A stretch of DNA of 53,079 nucleotides from Intoshia linei (taxonomy: Eukaryota; Animalia; Orthonectida). The position numbers and the translations under genes are program-made. The DNA lies in NCBI GenBank assembly GCA_001642005.1, contig LWCA01000111.1:1-53079 (forward strand). Reading direction: 5' to 3'. The notes below the pieces were generated by a model. The model was not told where the DNA came from. It saw nothing but the letters and a program-made list of their open reading frames with translations, and did not search any database. Positions 12,964 through 53,079 of this stretch are shown piece after piece. Every line of letters begins with the position of its first letter. The first letter of the stretch is position 1.

Positions 12964-15924
12964 TTATCCTATTAAATTTTCAAGTTGTTGGCCAACTTCT
13001 TGACTTGTTTTGGACGCGTCTATTGATTTTAGTATTCCTTGATTTTCATAGTATGCTTTTAATGGATTTGTTGATTTGTTATATGCTACGAGTCTAATCT
13101 TTAATGATTCTTCATTGTCATCTTTTCGTTTAGTTAGTGTCTCTCCAGTCACCTAAATAAGTAAGTCAAAATTAATTATTTATGCTAATAGGGTTGGCAA
13201 CTTAGCTTTAAAACCATTTTCTTTGTATTGTTCTTTGAAAAAAGTAAATTATACATTATTCTCAGAATTATGAAACCATCTAATAGGTTTTCTCATCAAT
13301 ATTTTACTTATACGAGTAATATTTTAATTATGTAAATTATTTATTTTGTCAAATATGAAACATACTTTTAAACATTTTCTACTATATTGGCTCATTGTTA
13401 TCATTTTAACAATTAATTTTCAGATCGTCCCGGATTTTATTTTGATAAATATACTAGAATATTTCTCTTCAGTTAAAATTGAAATCTATCGTGTGAATTT
13501 TCAAAAATGACACCATATAATTTTTTTATATAAAAAAGTGAGCCACGAGATGAAAAATGTTGCCGACGCCCAATTTAAGTTAATTATTTAATTAATTTTT
13601 AAATTAAAAAAACTATTTTGAAATTATTACCCACTTTATTTTTTGATTAAAAAATGATTTGATTGATTAACCTAATAATAGTCTTAGACGTCAGTGATAC
13701 GTCTAACATTAAATTTCGAGTCTCAATACAACAATTGAGAAAAAATACATTGGATAAAATTGTTGAACACTAAATAATATCGTTTTTACTCGAATGTATT
13801 CGGAACAACTTAAATTAATTGTTGAGAACTTCATACAACTTTAAACAATTCCGTTTTCAATTGAAATGACATTAAATTATTTAAATATCTGTCAAGCCGA
13901 GATGTATGACATACAACTTAATTTTAATTATACTATTTGTGTTTTCACATGTTTTTTTCAACAATTGAATTTTTTAAAACAGATGTTAAATTAAATTTTA
14001 TAATTTACACTCACGCGAACTAAAGAATTGAAAACTCAAGAAGGACTGGGTAGTGAATATGATTATAAGTTATTTAAAAAATTCTACAAATTTTACATTC
14101 CCTACTTAAAGAGTATTGGTGGTGAGCTGATAGATGAAGAAACAAATTGGAGTATATTGTTAGATTCGGGATACTTGGGACCTATCTCTGATACTCCTGA
14201 TATATCTAAAATTGCAATGCCTCGACCTTCTCAGTGTGTTACAATAACAGAAAAGGCTAATCTTAGGAAAATGGCACTTAAGCGGGTACACGTTGAACAG
14301 TTTTTCGGCAAACTCAAAAAGATATTGTTTGGAGTGTATTCATACTACACAATACATTTTGACGTAGATTTTGACATTTGCGTTTTATATATAATCTAAA
14401 AATAATCTAAATGAAGTAGATCAAACCTATCAAGTTAGACTAATGTCTATTCGCAAGGAACGTGAAACAGAAAAAGCGTTAAAGCGAAAGCAATCATATG
14501 ATCGTTACCAAGAAAGGTCTTCATTGAGAACGGACTTAGATAGTACACTATCAAGTCAATATAGTGATGTATTTTAATATAAAAATAAATTTTTATTTTA
14601 TGATGAATTTTTTTTAACAATTGCTACATCCTTAAGATTTCGCTGTACCTTTAACCTGATTTGATTAGTTTAGCCGTTTTTCAATTACGATATATTGGCA
14701 TACAATTCTGTAAATTTACTTTCGATTTTAAAATGTAGAAAAAAATAGATAAAATAGTTAATTTCAAAGGTTTAGAGAAACTCGATTTATTTAGTCAGAT
14801 GTCATCTCTTTCTTTCAAATTACAATATTCTTTTTTATCACAGTATTATCGTATTGTTGACTTTTTATGTAGGGTTTTTTAAATAAATTAAATTAGGACT
14901 TTTTCAGAGGTAACTAATTAAGATTTTCTTCGCCTCAATTTAAATGTTGAAAAATTTCCAACGTTTCCAAATCTAAACAACGACCAAATAAGTTCATAAA
15001 ATATTGATTATATTGATCTAATTCGTAGAAATCAATTCGACGGTTCTAATGAATTGATAATAAAAATACTGACGATTATATTTATTAGGTGGATGATCTT
15101 ACAAATTGTGATTTGCATAGTAGTTTTATAGTATTTAACTGTTTACTATTGAGTAATCACAATGAATTTAATTTGTAAACAGTACTAATAAAAATAACTG
15201 AATACAATCGAGTTTTCAACAGTTAAATTAAATTGTTCCGAGTACTTTAGAGTAAAAACGATATTATTTAGTTTTATACAATTTTATCCATTATATGCAT
15301 TTGATTTAAATTTAAAATATTTTTACATCGTCCTTCATGGGTACTTTTGGTGGCGAATTTGTCTCATGGTACATTCTTCCGCTAGATTCGTGTATAAGTC
15401 GTCCAGTAATTCGTTCTACCAAAACATTTTCGTCTACTTTAAAATAAACCACCATATTGATCTTTCTGTGTCGTTTTTTTAATAAAATGTCCAGCTTAAA
15501 TGATTTTAATTAAAATTTAACAAATTAACAAATTTCTTTGTTACCTTTTCAGCTTGAACGATTGTCCTAGGAAATCCATCCAACACAAAGCTTTTTGACT
15601 TATTATTCGTGAAACTCTTATCAATCAACTCTACAACAATATCGTCACTTACTAGTTGACCCCTGTCCATAATTTCACTGACCTTCTTGCCCAATTCTGA
15701 ACCACTGGCAGTTTCATTCCTCAACATGTCACCTATAAATAAATATACATATTAAGTACATTTTAGATGAACCGGTCGATAGATGCATTACTTTATATTT
15801 TTCAACTATAAAAGGCGCCTTAACATTATTTTATTTAAAATATTTGATCAAAATATACTTGTGTTCCCTTGCCACTCCCTGGTGGTCCCAAAAATATGTA
15901 TATTTTAGTATTTCTTGCTGACAT
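12964..15924 (-). CDS. AK2: Adenylate kinase 2 (long-LID AK)
   Basis: Five exons: ~15924-15859 ([13 protein letters not shown]-loop), ~15818-15773 (HLSTG), ~15732-15545 (DMLR..GQLVSD..LDGFPRT), ~15494-15327 ([25 protein letters not shown]) and 13152-12964 (VTGETL..RKDD..RLVAY). Confidence 0.93.
13752..15289 (+). mobile_element. PIF/Harbinger-superfamily (PHIS) DNA transposon, internally deleted, in AK2 intron 4
   Basis: TIRs 13751-13830 and 15211-15290 match at 70/80 positions by manual alignment (GGATAAAATTGT...). Both ends are flanked by ATT (13749-13751, 15290-15292). Encloses a DDE transposase fragment. Confidence 0.8.
14028..14577 (+). pseudogene. DDE_Tnp_4 (IS5/Harbinger-like) transposase, C-terminal fragment
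   Basis: [11 protein letters not shown] and [12 protein letters not shown] carry the second D and the E of the DDE triad. The N-terminal part is missing. After the stop at 14399 a basic/coiled tail ([16 protein letters not shown]) continues to ~14577. Confidence 0.75.
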
Positions 15925-16511
15925 TTAGATTGTGTATATATAAATAAAGTTTAATGATAATATTGTTTATTAATCTTCCCTCTTAACTTGGGATACTATT
16001 TTGATGTAATTTTGTATTTGACACTCGTAAATGGCTGATTTGTATTTTTTAACATGTATTTAAATTATTTTTTATTTAAACTAGTTTTCATTCTATGAGA
16101 TCGCGTTTCAATAATATAGTATGCTAGTTAAATTTGTTAATAATAACTTATTATATGTTAATTAAACCTAAATTTAACGGTTTTAATTTGGAGAAAAAAT
16201 TTTTAAGTCTTCTGTTGTAATTGAACTTAAATGAACTAAATTTAATTTAATACACGTTGTGTTTTATGTAACATAAATTAGGGCAATTTATGCTGAAATA
16301 AACCTTTGTATCGAATTTAATTAATTGAGCAGTAACTTATTTCATTTTCTAGCATTCTGTTGTTTAAATGCACGTACTAATATTGGAAATCAGTCATAAG
16401 CCTACGTCAGATAGGCTGTCTACTAGACACATTTCATCTGGTCGAGATTTTTATTGAATTCATTGTTAAATACATTTATCCTTACTTATACGTATGTATA
16501 TTATACGTACA

Positions 16512-17126
16512 CTAGCTTGGCAGTTTTGTACTACGTAACAAACAACACCTAGCTCTGCCGAGGGCACTCTTTTATTAAAAAAATAAATTCACGTTGATAA
16601 TCTAACTTAAAAATCCTACTATTAACTATTATCAATCCTTTAAAGGAGTAATTCCCAAATTTGTTTCAGGTGGAACCGTCATATCACATTACTTTTTACT
16701 TTAAAGTGAATTATTCCATCTTTATTTTGTTTTGTTAAAATTTGCGTAAAGAATTTTAAAAACAATTGTTATCCCATTTTTTTAATTTATTCAACATAAT
16801 GTGTATATAATAAAAAAAAAGTAAAAATATTTCGATTAAATCCTAAAAGTTGTCATAAATAGCATAAATTCCAAAAAAAAATAAAATTATGAAAACATAT
16901 TTTGTCATTTTCAATGTGATGACATATATTCAGTATCAATTTAATAAATACTTAAAAATACCAATTGTGTAACAATAATTAATTGAATCTTCACTTCATA
17001 AATATTTCAGTCGAATTTTACCATTATTGCAAAGGATTGCAAAGAAAATGATGTTGAAATTTTGTATTTATATCAACTGGAATAAGCTCTAGCACAAAAA
17101 TCGCGTAGCATATTATATAAGTTAGA
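16512..17126 (-). mobile_element. Non-autonomous Helitron, internally deleted copy with both ends
   Basis: The minus strand starts TCTAACTTATATAATATGCTACG (family 5' end) and ends ...CTAG|T at 16512 after a degenerate hairpin. Internal pieces match 46020-46050 and 46380-46420 in reverse complement. Confidence 0.6.
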
Positions 17127-17179
17127 ATTAGGGTGTCACATTTTTTTGAAAATTTTAGAATTCGATGGGCATCGAAGGG

Positions 17180-17960
17180 GTCACAAACCCCAATTGTCTT
17201 TTTTTTTGAAAATCAAACGAGTTGGAGAATTTTAAAAAATATATACGCTCATACGGATTTTAAAATCATAAACATTATTATTAATTTAAATTTAAAAAAA
17301 TTATATCTTCAGGGCAAAAACCACAAATTACACTTTTTTTTATTATGAAAACAGCCCTATAATTTAAAAAAATTTACAGGTGGTACATTTGTATCCTGTT
17401 AACACACTTAAAAAATTTCAATCCGAGTAAAGTATGACTTCACGGTCAAAAAAGCATTTTAGTATTCAATATATTTTTTGCCGAAATATTTTATTAAAAC
17501 AAAAAATGTGAAATAATTAACGGTTCGAAAAATTAAAAAAAGAAGATTATTCTGCTAGAGCTTATTCCAGTTGATATAAATACAAAACTTAAACCCGAAA
17601 AATCTACGCATTCCCGATGAAAAATAATTTTTAATATATTATAAACCAATATTTTTCAAATATTTCGATTAACATTAGAATAAGTAAGATATATAATATA
17701 TATGTAAGTAAAATAAAAATTGAAAATGTTAATATTGATCCTACAATTTTAAAAAAAATGTGCATTGGATGTCTACACTGTAGACTCTACACATTTCCAA
17801 TAAAGAAATTATACTGTACTAGGTTGACTGTGATGTACTTCGTACGAACAGCACATAGCTCTGCCAAGGCAGATTATTTTCATTTTACCCAAAAAATAAA
17901 TTCAAAATTAAATCTTACTTAAAAATGCTATAATTTACTATTATGAATCTTAATTAGAAA
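17180..17960. mobile_element. Helitron family fragments (plus-strand body; minus-strand 3' end at 17819)
   Basis: 17180-17790 aligns with 45640-46200. 17819-17960 in reverse reads GTACGAAGTAC hairpin + 12 nt + CTAG|T. Confidence 0.65.
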
Positions 17961-18320
17961 TTCTAACTCTTTTAATTTTATATTTTATCGGTGTGTAAAG
18001 TTCTTATTCTATAATTATTTTTCATTGATACAAATTATCACTAAAAATAAAAATAAATGTGGTAATGAACACTGTTCATTATAGGATAATTCGGTACTAG
18101 ATAGGACCAGTTTTGTATTCGGTTTGTATATTATCTAATGAGCCTAGTTGAATTAAAAATGTGCGAAATATTTTTAACCATGTATTTATACACAAATGTA
18201 ACTGCAACTTGTTATATTTTGCATTGTCATAGAGGAGCATAGTTACAGATGTGTTGTCTTGAAATCTTCGATATGGAGAATTGACAATTGAATAAATCAA
18301 TAACCAAATATTTTATTGAT

Positions 18321-19151
18321 ATGAATCCTTTTAATAAGCCAGTCAAAAATGTTTGGCAAGATAGTGACGAAGATGACGATGATATTGATAACCAATTTTT
18401 AACAGGTGTGGAAAAAACTTTAAAACAATCAGTAGATACTACTAATCGAGCCTTATCGTCAATATACGACTCTGAAAAAATTGGAAATGAAACTGCATTG
18501 GTACAAAATATTTAAATTTTTGATTACAATGATAAATTAACACTAATGTACAGGAACTGGCTCGACAAAGAGAAAAATTGGAAAATGTAAATAAAAAATT
18601 GACAGTTATTGATGAAAATACTACTTCTACTCAAACAAAGCTAAACGCAATTGGTAGTATATGGTACAGGTAATAGTTTTTTCTAAATTTGACTGAATTA
18701 AAATTATTTAAATTTTAGCATTAAAGAAGCATCAATTTTCAAAGGTAAAAATAAAAATATCAAAAAATGCAGCAATATTATGAAAAATGATAATTTAAAA
18801 TCTGAAAAAAATATTAATCCCTTTGAAAAAAGATCAAGCAATACTATCAAAATTAACCAAGACACCAATCCATTTTTGAGTACAACCTCAAAATCAGATT
18901 CTTCCATTAAAAATAATTTTTTATCTCAGAGGAATACAAATTTAGGTAACTGCTTAATATATATTTTTATTTAGTTGTTTTTAGAGGAAATGCATTCAGG
19001 TGTTAAGCGACTTAATACATTGGCCAAAAATTTGGGCGATGAATTGAATGCCCAAGATAAACTTATTGATAGCATTCATATCAAATCTACAAAACAAAAT
19101 GATAAGATTAACGTTCAAAATACAAAAATGACTCAAATACTCAAAAAATAA
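18321..19151 (+). CDS. SNAP29: Synaptosomal-associated protein 29-like Qbc-SNARE, paralog a (229 aa)
   Basis: Exons 18321-18500, 18554-18669, 18719-18945 and 18985-19151, all GT-AG and in frame. N-terminal NPF plus acidic stretch; SNARE1 STNRAL-like..SEKIGNETALELARQREKL; SNARE2 NLEEMHSGVKRLNTLAKNLGDELNAQDKLID; no TM or Cys cluster. Confidence 0.88.
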
Positions 19152-19211
19152 ATTATGTACAAAATTATAAAATGTTGCTAAATTAAACCCTTTGAAATTT
19201 TAATTTATATA

Positions 19212-19352
19212 CAGTGGAATCCGCTTATAAGAGATGCATCGGGACCAAGCAATTTTTCCCTGTTATTCGTCTGTGATTTATATACAAAACAAGCGTTTGA
19301 TTTTGTTCCAAGCTTTTTGTCCCTTATATCAGGACGTCTCTTATAACCGGTT
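19212..19352. mobile_element. Short pogo/Tigger-like MITE between the SNAP29 paralogs
   Basis: TA|CAGTGGAATCCGCTTATAAGAGA with partial inverted end TCTCTTATAACCGG. Confidence 0.55.
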
Positions 19353-19817
19353 ATAATAATCATTATAATTATCACTTATAATATAATATTATTGCATAAT
19401 TAATGTTTAAAATTTGTTATATTATAAACTTTTGTACTGACTTCATTGAGTTCAAATTTTGAACTTCAAACATGACTTCATTCAATGCAAACATGACTAT
19501 ATAAATAGAGAATATCTATAATAAAAAATTATATATTAAAATTATAGGTTTGAAACATTTTGAAAAATAAATGGTCTAAGAATGTAAAAAGTTTTAATTA
19601 ATTTTTATAATTTTAGAAATTATTGGTACTGAAAAGATTTATGAGAATTAATCATTACAGTAATCGAAAAAAGATATAAACCAGCAACTTGATTTTGAGT
19701 TTGCCAGATTGTATGTAATATATCCTTGTCGAGGAAATATTTATTATAGTCCAACTCCAACTTTGTTTTTTTATTTATTTTAATTGTTTACTAAACAAAT
19801 ATTACACAATTTTATAA

Positions 19818-20895
19818 ATGAATAATCCTTTTAGCGCGTCACATTCGAAAAATATGTGGCAATCTTCAGATGATGATGATGACATTGATGAACAATTTAT
19901 GAGTGGAGTTGAAAAAACATTAAAATCTTCGGTAGATTCAACTAATCGTGCTTTAGCTGCAATTTACGACTCAGAGAAATTAGGAAATGCGACGGCTATG
20001 GTTAGTCAAATTTAAATTTAATTATCTTTTGATTTAATTTTGATCTAGGAATTGGCTAGACAGAGGGAAAAGTTGGAAAATGCAGATAGAAAATTGACAG
20101 AGATTGACAACACTACTACCCAAACTCAACAAAAATTAAACAATATTGACAGCGTTTGGTACAGGTAAAAAAATTTAAGTTTAAATTTCAAAACCTGGGT
20201 GTTTTTACATTTTGGTTGGACGATGACGAAATTTTGATAATTAAAAATAAATTTAAAGTACAATGACTCTTCTTAATTCTAATAACCTGAAAGCCTTAAA
20301 CAATCTTTTAAAATAATTTTTATGTTGCGATTTTAAAATAATAATGATTGTAACTAAATATGTATAAAATACGTGTTTGTCTGAATTTGTTATCCGTACA
20401 TGTTTAAAAATTATTTATCACATATTAACTTTAAATCTTGATTTGTAGTTTAAAAAAAGGAAATTTGTTTTCAAGTAAGAAGGACAAAGATAAAAACAAA
20501 AAAACAAAAAATACAAATAAGGATATTTCATTGCACATTGAAAAAGCATCTGACAATAAGCAAGGTAGCAATCCATTTGGTAATAGCCCAGAAATCACCA
20601 CTAACCATACCAATAATTCAAAAAATGAAAACACGTGCAGAAAAGATGGGTACCTCAATCAAAGAGATGAAAATATATGTAATTTAATAATCTAATATTT
20701 TATTCAATTCATACTTATATATTGAATTTAGCCAAAATGTCTGATGGAGTTTCTAGACTGGCTGCAATGGCTAAAAATTTAGGACAAGAATTGGATGAAC
20801 ATGATGCTATTTTAGATAGAATCAAAATAAACACTGATAAACAAAAGAATAAAATTGATGCTCAAAATAAGAAAATGAGTAATATATTAAAATGA
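19818..20895 (+). CDS. SNAP29: Synaptosomal-associated protein 29-like Qbc-SNARE, paralog b (230 aa)
   Basis: Exons 19818-20000, 20049-20164, 20449-20678 and 20732-20895 have the same intron positions and phases as paralog a. MNNPF start, ELARQREKL, MSDGVSRLAAMAKNLGQELDEHDAILDRI. Confidence 0.88.
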
Positions 20896-20978
20896 TGTCA
20901 AATAAATTCAGTTTTACATTTTTAAATTTTGTTAAAAACTTTTGCAAAAATTGATAATTATAATTAATATTTATTAAA

Positions 20979-52263
<31,285 letters not shown>

Positions 52264-53079
52264 CTAATAATTTATTAATTTAATATACAGGCAATTCTGT
52301 TCTATATGAATATGAAGGGACCCGATTTTGTCATGTTCATACTATACTGCAATATAAACATATATGAATGGCGATAATAATATAATTAAAAGTTTCGAAC
52401 TGTTCAATCAAAGTTTGGACTGTATAATAAATTAAAGATTATATATAAATGATTAATTTTTAATTAAATTATTAGATAGTATTTTTCACACCGCAGTCAA
52501 AATCTTATTTACCGAATATTTTATTAAACGATCGTCGAAAATGTATTTACTGTATAAATTCTCAGATAACAAATATAGATAATTATAATAGTCAACAAAA
52601 GTCGACTTTATAAAAACTTATTTATGAAATAAATTACGACAGATTTAGTTTTTTTACGATTATGATGTATATGTTACTGTCCGTTTGTAGTTTCATTCAT
52701 TCTTTAAAAATTGTAATTTTTCAGTAAAAAGGGATTTTTTTTTTAAAGTTTTATAAAAATGGATTTTGGAAACATGAATATTGAAAAAATTTGAAATTCT
52801 TCATAATGACTGAAACTCCCAACGGACGGTAACATATATATTTTTAGATTACGTCCACTAGCCGAGCTATTTGGCATTGAATATGTGGTTATAAATTGAA
52901 TAACACTAGACAACAAAAAAAGTTTTTTTTTCTTGCGTCAAAAATATTTTTATATTGTTTTGTAGACCAAAATGGAAAAAATATTTTTACATGATTTTTG
53001 TACTTCAGATATGTCGCATTAATTCATTATTGGCAATATAAATTTAAATTAAACCTAATAAAATAAATAATATTCATAT

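Noticed and set aside
6175-15924. Operon or trans-spliced unit of co-oriented AK2, Gemin5 and cyclin
   Set aside because: Gaps of ~420 and ~750 bp could hold promoters; there is no sequence evidence for SL trans-splicing.
18097-18300. 67-aa minus-strand ORF upstream of SNAP29a
   Set aside because: No recognisable motif; lies in the likely promoter/5' UTR.

Overview
Very AT-rich, intron-rich eukaryotic DNA, most likely from a ciliated invertebrate animal. The compact genes, ~40-70 bp minimal introns and divergent proteins are reminiscent of the orthonectid Intoshia, but that is a guess. I spliced seven genes by hand using GT-AG junctions. (+) A RapGEF2/6-like RA+CDC25 GEF (7..2413). (-) A cyclin O-like gene whose cyclin-box exons are missing from the ORF track (~3000..5428). 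(-) A C-terminally short Gemin5 (6175..12545). (-) Adenylate kinase 2 (12964..15924). (+) Two tandem SNAP29 paralogs (18321..19151 and 19818..20895); the second has His at the Qc zero layer. (-) The 3' ~52 exons of an inner-arm axonemal dynein heavy chain, DNAH7-type (20979..52263, 5' end outside the window). The larger introns and intergenic gaps are filled with DNA transposons. These include many hAT/Buster MITEs with 8-bp TSDs, a three-level nest around a decayed Buster transposase, pogo/Tigger-like TA-TSD elements and a multi-copy non-autonomous Helitron family. A 1.5-kb PIF/Harbinger-superfamily (PHIS) element with ~80-bp TIRs and an ATT TSD sits in an AK2 intron. I saw no RNA genes or CRISPR arrays. 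Family assignments come from remembered motifs, not database searches.
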